DNA of 63,167 nt, filler included, from Globobulimina sp. (GCA_003354225.1; 53 parts of 53 records of this genome joined end to end with filler, not necessarily neighbours in it), one strand, 5' to 3'; positions 37,135 through 48,951 are shown, counted from the first letter of the whole stretch. The notes: generated from the letters alone by a model not told the origin. Program-made: numbers and translations.

Positions 37135-38114
37135 TTGTCATTGCACGATGCAAACTTATTTTGTGTCGGCATTACCTATCCATCAGGTACCTGTTCGTGG
37201 GATTGTCCATGTTGTGTTTCATGCGATCACTCAGTAATGCACTGTTCTGAGACAATGGCAGTTTGTTCAAAAAGTGGCTCAAACTCAGGCAATGTAAATA
37301 TTGTCACTTCAGCACCAACCACATCGCCAACAAATAAGCCAAGTACATCACCCACATTATACCCCACAACCTATCCATCTGCACCGCCAACAACTTTCCA
37401 ACCCACAATATATCCATCATTTGAACCGAGCCATCCTCCCACAAAAAAACCCAGTAATTCCCCAAGCAAAATACCGAGTAATTCTCCAACGAATTTGCCA
37501 ACACAAATCCCTAGTAATCCTCCAACAAAAATGCCCAGCAATTCCCCAACAAAAATACCAAGTAATTCTCCAAGCAAAATGCCTAGTAATTCTCCAACGA
37601 AAGCAGTAGGATCGGCAGAATATGAATATGTCAGCACAGAGAGCATAGCTTCGCAATGTATTGGTGATTGTGGTGACACATTAGATTCTAGCGATTCTAC
37701 AATATATGGCATCAACAAAAATGTTATTTATATCATAATCGGTTGTGTTATATGTCTTTGTTGTTTTTTATTAATATCTGTTACGATGGGGATGAGTTTG
37801 AGCAATGCAAAAATGAAAAATGAACTGCATATTCTGGAACAAGCACAAAGTGTGTCATCCAATAATGTGGATAATGTGGACACTGTGGACATCGTATTTA
37901 AAAATAATACCAATGCTGGCGAGACTGAGGACACTTTAAATACAAATGTTAAGGTTCAATTTGAAGGCGCTAAGCAAGGCAATATAGTCAAAGTCAAACA
38001 ATCGGTTGATTCGGTGCAACGTGATCATGATACTGGGAATATTGATGACGACGATGAAGATTTATATGGGCATGGCAATATAGCGCAAACACCAAATTCC
38101 GCGGGTAATGATGC
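37135..38114 (+). CDS. Type I membrane protein with Cys-rich ectodomain and Pro/Thr/Ser stalk
   Basis: 24-bp tandem repeats encoding PSNSPT/SK (~37450-37600); TM IYIIIGCVICLCCFLLISV; tail DDEDLYG. Confidence 0.8.
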
Positions 38115-38214
38115 NNNNNNNNNNNNNNNNNNNNNNNNNNNNNNNNNNNNNNNNNNNNTTAATTAATTAANNNNNNNNNNNNNNNNNNNNNNNNNNNNNN
38201 NNNNNNNNNNNNNN

Positions 38215-39307
38215 AGACTATGTAGGTTTATCTGAGGATGATATTATTGGCGCCGTGGACAACTTCTTCAAGCAAGTTATTATCGACACTTCTATGGACG
38301 TACTTGGATTAAGAAAGAAAGCGAAGGGAAGAACCATGCCATGGATGACGACAGAAATTAGAACATCTATCGCAAAATTTAAATGTTATAAGGAACGCTT
38401 CAAATCGTTCTCAAAAAAGAAGAAAAGAAAATGTAAATTGATTTTAGAAACGAAGAAAACGATTAGAAATAATCTGTGCGAGCAAGGGAGGATTGCATGG
38501 CTTAGGGATGAAATAAGAGCGATGAACGACGGTGGAAGGATGCCATGGAAGAAAATCAATAATATCATTAAATATGACAATAAATCATCGGATATGATAC
38601 CAGTTTGGTACCATAAAGATGGCACTGTCAACGCTATCAAATCAATGGACAAAGCGAATAATTATTTGAATTATATCCATCGCTCCGATGATGATGAAAT
38701 GGAGGAGGAAGAGGAGCAAATTGAGAATGCGGGCTTCGATAAAATAATAAATAAGTATAAGAATAGCAACAGGAAGAAATTTGGCACTGCCAAACATCGC
38801 GAAGAGTCTCGCAAAATGAATTCATTAATGAGACGATCCGAGGTGAAAAAAATCATTCTATCATTTAACAGAAACAAGGCGAGCAACTCAGACAAATCAA
38901 ATTATGTCTTACTGCAGCAAGGGATTGACATATTAAGTGAGGGTCTATACCGTTGCTATAATGTGCTATTTATTTTAGGATTACGTGTGAAATCCATGAA
39001 TGCCAGGGAAGTATCACTTATCCTGAAAGCAGGCAAAGAAGCGAAATATATGGAGAGTTATCGCCCCGTGTCCTTACTATCGAGCTGCAGCAATCCGTTC
39101 GACAAATGGATGGCTGGGAGGTACCTGGCGTATGGCATTAAAATGCGAATCATTAGATTTAGACACTTTGGTTTCATCAAAGGCGTTGGTTGTATTGATA
39201 CCATTGCCTATTTGGTGGAAATCATATGGAATAATCGTATTATTAGCAAAGAAACGCATATTATATTCATTGATTTTAAGGCAGCGTTCGATACCCTGCA
39301 ACATAAA
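38215..39307 (+). mobile_element. Non-LTR retrotransposon ORF2, region leading into RT
   Basis: PWMTTEI, ESYRPVSLLS, HFGFIKG, FIDFKAAFDT. Confidence 0.9.
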
Positions 39308-39407
39308 NNNNNNNNNNNNNNNNNNNNNNNNNNNNNNNNNNNNNNNNNNNNTTAATTAATTAANNNNNNNNNNNNNNNNNNNNNNNNNNNNNNNNNNNNN
39401 NNNNNNN

Positions 39408-40477
39408 AACCGATCCTGTTTCAATATATCCAACAAAGTGGTCTCCTCACAAATATTCTCTTTGATTGCTTGTTCCGTTTGAGAGAGCGACACCAATTCG
39501 ACAGATCTCTCAAACTCAGCATCGTCAAAATTAATTTTAAACTTTTGCTCCACTTCAATTTGACGGCGAACTTTATTTTTATACATGACCCAAAATGAGG
39601 AGACACAAACCAATACAAAACAGGCTGTGGAGAGCAGAAAAGAATGGGATAAAATAAGCACAGTATGATATTTTGATGAATTAAACACCAAATAATCCAA
39701 TAAATTCGCAACAATTATTATCAAACTGGTGATAGCTGCAGTGAATAGCCAGTATTTTAATTCTGAACGAATGTAAAATGCATCTTCAAACGTTTTGGTT
39801 TTGAGCTTTAAAACAATAAAAAAAATGATAGACGCAGCAAACCAAAACAATGTCGTAACCGTAGTGCCGCAAAAAATGACTGGAGAGTCGATATTGTCCC
39901 AGTAAAAAATGTATAAAATTGGCCAAACTGTCTCTGATATACTGGTTAAAATGAATAATAATAACATGATTTTATAAAATATGGATGAATTATTAATGCT
40001 CAATTTTGTGCGATTCGAAGTGTGTGAAAACCAATTTATTTTATGAAAGGTTGGATTAATAAGTTGTGTCCATTGCTTATTGGAAACGTTTTCTTTCGTA
40101 AATTTTATATCGTAATAATATAATAATTGCCGCCATATAAATATGTACATCGATTGTAATGAAAATATGATTGTTGGATAAAGTGTATATATGCCATAAT
40201 TCTTCCATTTTAATGGCTCAATGTTGATAAATATATTTGAATTGGAGTATGAAAGCATTATTGCTGGTAAACATATAATAAGTAATAATGATAAACATGT
40301 CAGTAAATAAATGCTAATTGAATTGTGTCTCTTTTGTAGTATGATATTCTTTCGAAGTTTACACAATTTTACAACAGCATAGATGCATAATGGAGCATAT
40401 ATTAGGCATATAATGCCACAATATACTATGCAGAGGTTTCGTTTTAACGTTAAATGTGGAACAGAAGAGTTTGCCAT
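39408..40477 (-). CDS. 7TM protein, probably 7TM-RGS (3' partial)
   Basis: Seven hydrophobic helices, LQKRH, EDAFYIRSELK, then TLLDILK at the expected RGS start. Confidence 0.65.
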
Positions 40478-40600
40478 TATATTTATGAACAAACTGCATT
40501 NNNNNNNNNNNNNNNNNNNNNNNNNNNNNNNNNNNNNNNNNNNNTTAATTAATTAANNNNNNNNNNNNNNNNNNNNNNNNNNNNNNNNNNNNNNNNNNNN

Positions 40601-40699
40601 GCCGCCTTTGCCGCTGGCGACAGTGATGATATGTGCGGTTTTGCGATTTTCGCGAACCATCAGACGTAATTTTTCAGCCTGATCGACAATCATATTCAT
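40601..40699 (-). CDS. flhG: N-terminus of bacterial FlhG/FleN (MinD-like ATPase)
   Basis: MNMIVDQAEKLRLMVRENRKTAHIITVASGKGG: DQAxxLR motif plus deviant Walker A; AAGGA upstream. Confidence 0.8.
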
Positions 40700-40878
40700 T
40701 TAATCCTTACAACTAACTTGTCAGCTAATTTACAATGTAAACTGAGTTTTAAAAAGATTGCGAAGGCCTGGATGGTATATCGAATAATATAAACAGAATG
40801 ACGGGATCGACATAAAAAAGAGTTACACAAAAAGGTTTGAAATATATAAATGTTCTACTTTCCATCATAAGTTCATAA

Positions 40879-41553
40879 CCATTACCGCATAAAATACGCA
40901 GTGTGGATGGATATGAAATGCAATTTATGACCAATTATTTGGGTCACTTTTTATTAACAAAATTATTAATACCAAATTTGTTGCAAAATGATATTAACTG
41001 CAGCAGAGTTATAAATATATCAAGTTACGTATCCTGTTTTTGCACCAACTTAGAAACGCAAATTGATGATGGCTTGAAGCGTAATGATGGACCATTGGAA
41101 TGTGATTATGCTCCTTATCCTGCGTATGCATTCAGTAAAGCCTGTCAAATATTGCATGCAAGAGAGTTGACACAAAGGTATAGGAATAAAGGACTAATTG
41201 CTGTGTCACTGCATCCAGGCACTACCAGCTCGTCCGGTGTTGGTCAGTATACAATGACAAATCCAGTGTGGGGTGTTGCTTTTAGGTTATTTAAATATGT
41301 TGGGCCATATTTGTGGTTCGTAAAATCAATCGGTCAAACTGCAGCAACCACTCTAAGATGTATATCATTGGAAGACAATCAAATTGAAAGTGGAGCATTT
41401 TATGAAAGTTGTAATGCAGAGAATAAGCAGTTGGGTGAGGCTGTGAAACCAAAACAATATAAAGATTGGCAGCAATCATTGGAATATAGATTATGGAAAT
41501 GGTCTCAACAATTGATTTTGAATAAAGGTTTTCAACTTGCCCATGAAATGTGA
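40879..41553 (+). CDS. SDR (retinol dehydrogenase-like), N-terminus missing
   Basis: DGYEMQF.TNYLGHFLLT, RVINISS, YAFSK, SLHPG. Confidence 0.85.
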   Translation, partial: PLPHKIRSVDGYEMQFMTNYLGHFLLTKLLIPNLLQNDINCSRVINISSYVSCFCTNLETQIDDGLKRNDGPLECDYAPYPAYAFSKACQILHARELTQRYRNKGLIAVSLHPGTTSSSGVGQYTMTNPVWGVAFRLFKYVGPYLWFVKSIGQTAATTLRCISLEDNQIESGAFYESCNAENKQLGEAVKPKQYKDWQQSLEYRLWKWSQQLILNKGFQLAHEM

Positions 41554-41793
41554 ATCAAGAAATTGCAAAATAACATAGTATCCTATCCTAATAATACTAT
41601 ACTAACACTGACATTGAGTGATTCAAATGACCTGGTCACGTCTGCCAAAATGATGGTCATTTTGTGTATACCTATATTCGCAATCTACAAATANNNNNNN
41701 NNNNNNNNNNNNNNNNNNNNNNNNNNNNNNNNNNNNNTTAATTAATTAANNNNNNNNNNNNNNNNNNNNNNNNNNNNNNNNNNNNNNNNNNNN

Positions 41794-42198
41794 TATTTGC
41801 TTCCGGACAGAAAACATTTAATGATGCGCGAACTGGCATATTCATTTGAATTGCGATACAAAACTAAACTAGAAAAATTAATCAATAACATGGAATTTTC
41901 GTTGAACACTATTCAAGACGAATACCAAGAAATATTAGACTTGTTGCTAGGCAAAAAGATCACATGGAAACGAATCGTTTTAATATTTTCTATAACCGGA
42001 TACTTAGCTTTAGAAAGTATAGTGAGAAATAAGCCATCTAATATAATTACGTTCATGGACACTCTGTTATCATTGTATATCGATAGAAAATTGTTTTATT
42101 GGGTATTAGCTAATGGTAATTGGGAACATGGGTTAGAAAAATGTTTGCGCCAATATTTGAAATCGCATCAGCGGAACAGTTGGTGCGTCATAATTTAA
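41794..42198 (+). CDS. Bcl-2 family protein ending in CaaX (CVII); possibly 5' partial
   Basis: BH3-like MRELAYSFE, BH1 ITWKRIVLIFSITG, BH2 WVLANGNWE at typical spacing. Confidence 0.8.
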   Translation, partial: YLLPDRKHLMMRELAYSFELRYKTKLEKLINNMEFSLNTIQDEYQEILDLLLGKKITWKRIVLIFSITGYLALESIVRNKPSNIITFMDTLLSLYIDRKLFYWVLANGNWEHGLEKCLRQYLKSHQRNSWCVII

Positions 42199-42201
42199 AT
42201 T

Positions 42202-42570
42202 TTACATAAAATATTTTAACAATTTTCGAAAATTTCGTCTGTCTTCTCTATTTCTGAGCTCAATGATTGTTTTATCATTGATATTATCAGCTTCGAAGGC
42301 TCTTATTTCATATGAATCTTGTTTCTCCAGTTCGTCATATCCCATACACTGTACTTCAATTTGATATCCAGACTCGGTTTTACCAACAATCATAGTATCA
42401 CTCGATCCATTTAAAATGGCATATCTCATATATTTGTACAAATTATTCAGCATTTCTTTTGGTACTTGTATTTTAATATCTTCTTCAACAGAGACAACTT
42501 GACCGATTACAAGCACATTGCCTGTCTTGTGCAATGTGGCCCAAAAATCTCCTGCAATAAAATCAGCCAT
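42202..42570 (-). CDS. Orphan 122-aa protein convergent with the Bcl-2-like gene
   Basis: Complete intronless ORF; stop codons 3 bp apart; TATATAA about 45 bp upstream. Confidence 0.7.
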   Translation of the reverse strand: MADFIAGDFWATLHKTGNVLVIGQVVSVEEDIKIQVPKEMLNNLYKYMRYAILNGSSDTMIVGKTESGYQIEVQCMGYDELEKQDSYEIRAFEADNINDKTIIELRNREDRRNFRKLLKYFM

Positions 42571-42812
42571 GTTAACCCCAACGAGAGCTCAATATACATA
42601 TGTATACTCATGTCTTATATACTTTTAGTATAGTGTACATATAGCCCGGAGGCATCAGAAACATGCAAGCCAATTGGTTGACCAGTCATTGGTCAGTCTT
42701 TGGAGAGAATTGTGTGGTTTGAGTGACCATTGAAAATTTAATTGTTGAAATTTTATGTTGAGTTTGAGTGACCATTCAAAATAGGGTCTACGGTGTCCCC
42801 TTCTCCACTACT
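42571..42812 (-). mobile_element. Probable Polinton/Maverick terminal region
   Basis: Minus strand begins AGTAGTGGAGAAGGGGAC at 42812; repeated GTTTGAGTGACCATT and TGACC/GGTCA motifs; virus-like gene packing inside. Confidence 0.5.
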
Positions 42813-43301
42813 CAGTTAGTATAAAACCCAGTTTAACCCAGTTTAATTAATTCAGTTTAACCCAGTTGATTTTCAACTGGGTTTTANNNNNNNNNNNNNN
42901 NNNNNNNNNNNNNNNNNNNNNNNNNNNNNNTTAATTAATTAANNNNNNNNNNNNNNNNNNNNNNNNNNNNNNNNNNNNNNNNNNNNAGCAAAATATAGCA
43001 AAACAAATATTTGCGCTATGGTGTCCAAACAAAATCAGGTACGCTAATGCGAAACATTGCGAGTCCTGATAGCAATAACACACCACGCAACAATATTTTG
43101 TCCGCTTAAAGAGAAAAGAAATGGATGAAGACAATGTCTTAAAATGGGCGATTGTAATACATTATATAACTGACTGGCTTTAGGGCCCATTGTTAAAATG
43201 TTTTTAACTGTTTTGATCTTTACTTAAAAAACTTCTTCCACTAACTAGAAAATCACAGAGAACATTAAACTATTACAACAAACTTATTTGATGCAAATAG
43301 C

Positions 43302-43870
43302 ATGCTTGAATACATTGGGACGGATACAATAATAAATGATAAAAACCCAATCATTATCTTAATACACTCCGTCAATCCCTATGGTTTTCTGGAAGGTATC
43401 CGAACCAATGAAAACAATGTCGACTTAAACAGGAATCTCAAAACAAAGACAGAATGGGATGCGTTCACTGCAATGCATCCAAATAAATATCATTACGAGG
43501 ATTTAAATGCGTTCTTTAATCCAATTTTTGACGTCCATTTTGACGTCCATTTACTTCCAACTTTCATATCATTCATTTTATTTTGCTGCCTTTTATCATA
43601 TTCTGCTTAAGTTCAATTTCATTTTAACACATAAATGGTTATATATTTTTGTGCAAACTCGAACAGATTTGGATTGAATGTGCGTATACCTGCAGTTGCT
43701 TTGGTTGTTGGCAGCACAAAATTTCCAAATGGTTTGGGCAAATAGAGAAAATATCGTCGATTGATGTCCATACTGGTTTGGGAGCCTACGGAAAAGATAC
43801 ATTGTTGGTGACGACAGATGAGGAGGAAAAGAAATTGTTGCAGTACAAAATGCGGCGTTCAACAAATAAT
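43302..43870 (+). pseudogene. DUF2817/M14 carboxypeptidase-like, degenerate
   Basis: IHSVNPYGF..RTNENNVDLNRN and IDVHTGLGAYG in separate broken frames. Confidence 0.7.
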
Positions 43871-44179
43871 GATCGATATATATATATAAGTTTTTTGTTT
43901 TTTGTTTGTGTTTTTTGTTTCTATTGTACTGTCACTAGTGGTGGTAAAAGTGTTTTTCGTTTCTATTTTATTGCGAGTGGAGTAATTCCACTTTTTTTAT
44001 CTACTAATATATATATTATCTAAACTAATATATATATTATAGATAATATATATATTATCTACTAATATATATATTATCANNNNNNNNNNNNNNNNNNNNN
44101 NNNNNNNNNNNNNNNNNNNNNNNTTAATTAATTAANNNNNNNNNNNNNNNNNNNNNNNNNNNNNNNNNNNNNNNNNNNN

Positions 44180-45272
44180 AAGATATTTTTTATAATAAAT
44201 CAGTGTTGGTGAATTCAAGGAGTTGGATTCAAATAATATCTTTGTACAATTTATCAATGGGAGTTGATATAGAAAATTGTTGGAATCATATTGTAATGAG
44301 ATACATTACTAATAATTCAAGAATAAATAATGAAAACATTTGCAATTCATTCTCATTTGAACGGTTATTAAGAAATACAAATTCAATGATATTATCTATA
44401 AAATCAATGAAGTGGAACAATTCTAACTATCACATGCACCAATTATTGCATCTAAGGCGCATTGTTATGATTACAATGCAATATGTTTTTGATTGTACGT
44501 TGAATATGAAATATATGCAATTAATTGAGAACATAAATGATGTATTACAACTACAAACAAATGATATTAAGACGTATTTTAATATACATTTTCCGCGATC
44601 TGGAGGTACTTCAATTTGTGACACATTTAAACTAAATATGGGCGGATATTGTGTACCTCATCATCTTTCGTGGTCGAATTGCAATCTAAGACATAACAAC
44701 GGGTTTTATATGAATGGAATGATACAAAGTTGTTCATTTCAAAATAATATCGCAAAACTAAATAATTATTCATTAATGGCTCGTGAATCTCCGATGCATG
44801 GACATTTAATCCGGAATTATCCAATTTTATGTGATGAATTTATTTATATTTTTAGTTTTCGAAATATTGAACAAAGAATTGATTCCATGCTGCGGTGTAC
44901 TTCAATGGACATATATCATAAATCAAATAATATGATGATTGGAATGCTCTCAAATGCGGTCACTCGTTGGTTTGGATGGAATCAATGGTCAGTTATTAAT
45001 AATTCTGAGCAAATTTCAAATTCTAAATTTCAATGTCTTGAAGCAAAATATACAAATATTGATGATGTTCATTTCCAGAATGCAATCAATTATTTATTGG
45101 AAATTGATTATGTGTTAATTATGGAACAAACAGAAACTACAAAACTGAGTGCAAAACATACAAAAATGTGGAATAAATTATTGGTGGATATCAAGAATAA
45201 ATATAAATATCAATATATCAATGATTCTAATTTTAAATTTGATAATTGGAGCCATTCAGGATCATCAAAGTG
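44180..45272 (+). CDS. Sulfotransferase-like protein (partial)
   Basis: NIHFPRSGGTS (5'-PSB) and FRNIEQRIDS (3'-PB). Confidence 0.7.
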
Positions 45273-45582
45273 NNNNNNNNNNNNNNNNNNNNNNNNNNNN
45301 NNNNNNNNNNNNNNNNTTAATTAATTAANNNNNNNNNNNNNNNNNNNNNNNNNNNNNNNNNNNNNNNNNNNNGTTCAACAAAACACACTATACCCAATAT
45401 TGTTTTGATACGATGTAGACACAAGTTCATTTCTTCAAAACACTAAATATAGTTAACTTGAATTACAGAATTATGATCGCATTATTCACTCGAAGAAAAA
45501 CAAACACACACACAATATTTCAAACAAATAGCTAGAAACATTATATAAAAAAAGCGCGTTGATCGCAGCATTTCGCAGCAGA

Positions 45583-46221
45583 TTAAACCTGTACCATTTG
45601 ATTTTGATTTGGTTTGTTAACATCAGCAGCAACAATCTCAATGTCAATTTCTGTTTCATTTTGACGAATTCGAAAACATAATCCTTGTACCAACACAATA
45701 AATGGTCTACACACAAACGCATATTGTTTATTCCAATGATAAAAACAAAACAATAAACAGCACGAATTAATGATACAATCAACACTTGCAAACATTACAC
45801 TTCCCATTATTGGAACAGACAACAAAAACACAGTTGTACTGATACTTGCAAATAATCCTAAAATATAATATTTTAAGCACAATTCCCTAAATATAGCACG
45901 CGAAATCTCTCCCTGTGAACTATCGCCACCAATCTTTTTTTGTAATGAGATTAATGGCTTTACAAATAAATAAATTAATACTGATTGCTGCAATAAATCA
46001 TTACAGGCACCGCTTGCTGTCAACCATAAAGGAAAGCGTAGTGTACAATTTTTGTATGCGGTATTCACAATTTCGGAAAACACTGTTTCTCCAAAAAAAG
46101 ACATGCAAATTAAAAGTAATAAAGTGAATAAAATAGATACTGACGCAAGGATGCTTATATGTAGTAATTTATATTCATATTCGCTGTCTTTATAAATGCC
46201 ATAAAGTCTTAGGGAGTGCTC
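45583..46221 (-). CDS. 7TM/GPCR-like membrane protein, 5' part disrupted
   Basis: LRLYGIY, YLFVKPL, DCIINSCCLL; stop upstream of LRLY. Confidence 0.55.
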   Translation of the reverse strand, partial: EHSLRLYGIYKDSEYEYKLLHISILASVSILFTLLLLICMSFFGETVFSEIVNTAYKNCTLRFPLWLTASGACNDLLQQSVLIYLFVKPLISLQKKIGGDSSQGEISRAIFRELCLKYYILGLFASISTTVFLLSVPIMGSVMFASVDCIINSCCLLFCFYHWNKQYAFVCRPFIVLVQGLCFRIRQNETEIDIEIVAADVNKPNQNQMVQV

Positions 46222-46847
46222 TCAATTAACCAATGTTATCAAAATCATAGACAAACAATCAAACATTTAATCCATCAAAAAAACGAAATAATTTAAATTT
46301 GTGCGAGGTATACAATTAATTCACTTTTTCAATGATGGTAAATATTTAATTTGTTAATTGAGAAAGTAGTGAGTACAGTACCTTAAAATAAATAATAAAT
46401 ACATCAATTGCTTTGCTATCATATATACAAAAGATCCTCCTCTCGACAAATGATAACATGCAATGNNNNNNNNNNNNNNNNNNNNNNNNNNNNNNNNNNN
46501 NNNNNNNNNTTAATTAATTAANNNNNNNNNNNNNNNNNNNNNNNNNNNNNNNNNNNNNNNNNNNNGTATTACAGTCATGAATCTTTAGTAAAACATTGTG
46601 GAAACGTTTATGAACAATTTTACTCATCTACTTTTCTCTTGCTCTTTCAGGAGCATTGACAGCTATCGATCCTATCTGTATGTTACACACTCTCTTTCGG
46701 GGGCGCTGATCAGCATGGTATGGAATATGATCTTATGTCTTATGACTTCATTAAAATTGGTTTTTAGTTTAACAATTTTAACACCAAATCGCACCCTCCC
46801 CCCTATAATTTTGTCCCTATGAAACATATACATGCATTGTTCGATTT

Positions 46848-47340
46848 GTAAATCTTTAGTAAAACGTTAGGCGAACAATTTTTGGTACTATCGCCTGAGG
46901 CGGGTCATGTATTTTTAATGTGATCTTGCCGTGGCGATGACCGGAATGTTATCCCTGTTGCATTGCACATCTTTAAAACATATCCACTCATTGTTTCTTG
47001 ATGATTTCCCAAATGATGGGGGGTGGGGAGGGGGGATAGAGAATAAAAATCGATCGCCCAGGGCGTTTCGTGCATTGTCGATGCGACCGTACATGTTAAT
47101 TTTTGGTACGGAACATTTTTGGTAATATCGCCCAAGGCGGATCACACATTTTTAACGTGATCTTGCCTGGGGCGACTCGTAAATCTTTAGTAAAACGTTA
47201 GGCGAACGATTTTTGGTACTATCGCCCGAGGCGGGTCATGTATTTTTTAATGTGATCTTGCCCGGGGCTATGACCGGAATGTTATACCCAACGCATTGCG
47301 CATTATACGTTCATTGTTTCTTGATGATTTCCCAAATGGG
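46848..47340. repeat. Non-coding direct repeats (~330-bp period) containing three ~48-bp hairpins
   Basis: Unit starts at 46848 and 47179; hairpins TCGCC..GGC.GGRTCA..TGATCTTGCC..GGC at ~46890, 47128, 47222. Confidence 0.85.
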
Positions 47341-47758
47341 TCGTACGCGATTTTTACTATGTTATGCATTATGGCATTTTTATCCTACCATTTTTGCATC
47401 TATATGAAGAACTTTTACCACTTTGTAGGTAACCTGTGAACTGGCTCAGCTGCAGTATGCCCGCCTATGGAACGAAAGACTGGTGGAGGCAAGATCGAAA
47501 CCAGGTGGATCCACAAATTTTATGTTTTTAAAATCTTTATTTAAATTAGATTGCGCATATTAGTATTTCTTACATTGGCTGCGCAAATTAGTAGTGGGGG
47601 TGCTTTTCAGGGCCTATTTTCGACCATGATCAGAGCCGCAGAATAGTAACTACATGCTNNNNNNNNNNNNNNNNNNNNNNNNNNNNNNNNNNNNNNNNNN
47701 NNTTAATTAATTAANNNNNNNNNNNNNNNNNNNNNNNNNNNNNNNNNNNNNNNNNNNN

Positions 47759-48781
47759 GTGACATATAGCTTGCCTAATAGTTGCAATTCAGTAGAAACA
47801 TTATTTCGAAATGGACAGATTGTGGATCTATCCGGAAAAATAATTGTTATAACTGGTGCAAATTCTGGCTTTGGCAAACAAATGACGCGATATTTATATA
47901 GAACAAAAGCCAAAATAATAATGGCATGTCGCAACATTGAGAAAGCTGAAAAAGCTAAAAATGAAATAGTTAATGATGAGACAGTAAAATTGCAATTATC
48001 AGCTGATAATATTGAAATTATTGAGTTAGATCTCGCTTCATTTAAAAGTATAAATCAATTTATACAAACATTCAAAGCTAAATATAATAAGCTTGGCATA
48101 TTATGTTTAAATGCAGGTTTGTTTCCAATTAATGCAACAGAAAATAATCTCAAAACAGAGGATTTATTTGAAATCACCTTTGGTGTCAATCATTTGGGCC
48201 ATATGTTGTTAGCATTGCAATTGAAAGATTGTATGGATAATCAGAGTGATGGCGATTGTTCGCGATTAATTATAGTATCCTCAGTATTACATCGTGTCAT
48301 GTACAGTGATGAAGGCGACGAGTATGGAAATTGTGGATGTGTTAAAAAATGGTGTTGTTGGTATAAATCACAGCCATTCTATAAATTTGATGTCAATCAT
48401 TTGAATGATTATGATGGAATTGCAGGTTATTGCAACAGTAAATTATTAAATATAATGTTTGCCCGTGAATGGGCCAAAAAATATCCATTTGGTGAATATA
48501 AAACAAAGGTTGTTTCTGTATCACCGGGAGTCAGTTTTGAAACAGGTCTCGTTGATGATGGCCTTTGTAATAATTTCTGTGGTCGTTCGGATACGAAAGA
48601 ACAAGGCGCATATACTCAAACATGGTGCAGTATTACGGATATTAATAACTTACAACATGGCGGACATTATAGAGGTGATACGATCAAAGAAACAACACCA
48701 ACCTCAAAAAATGATGCTTTATGTCAAAGAGTATGGGAGAAAAGTTTAGCAATGATTCAGTCAAAGAATATTCATGTTTAA
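47759..48781 (+). CDS. SDR (retinol dehydrogenase/WWOX-like)
   Basis: ITGANSGFG, LDLAS, LNAG, NHLGH, YCNSK, VSPG. Confidence 0.93.
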   Translation: MTYSLPNSCNSVETLFRNGQIVDLSGKIIVITGANSGFGKQMTRYLYRTKAKIIMACRNIEKAEKAKNEIVNDETVKLQLSADNIEIIELDLASFKSINQFIQTFKAKYNKLGILCLNAGLFPINATENNLKTEDLFEITFGVNHLGHMLLALQLKDCMDNQSDGDCSRLIIVSSVLHRVMYSDEGDEYGNCGCVKKWCCWYKSQPFYKFDVNHLNDYDGIAGYCNSKLLNIMFAREWAKKYPFGEYKTKVVSVSPGVSFETGLVDDGLCNNFCGRSDTKEQGAYTQTWCSITDINNLQHGGHYRGDTIKETTPTSKNDALCQRVWEKSLAMIQSKNIHV

Positions 48782-48951
48782 ATAATATAAAATGTAAATA
48801 TTATGTAATTTGTCTAACAGATAAAAAAAAAAGTTCCTAGTGAGTTCTACCNNNNNNNNNNNNNNNNNNNNNNNNNNNNNNNNNNNNNNNNNNNNTTAAT
48901 TAATTAANNNNNNNNNNNNNNNNNNNNNNNNNNNNNNNNNNNNNNNNNNNN

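Noticed and set aside
44000-44079. CTAATATATATATTAT tandem palindromes
   Set aside because: Simple AT-rich minisatellite at a contig end.
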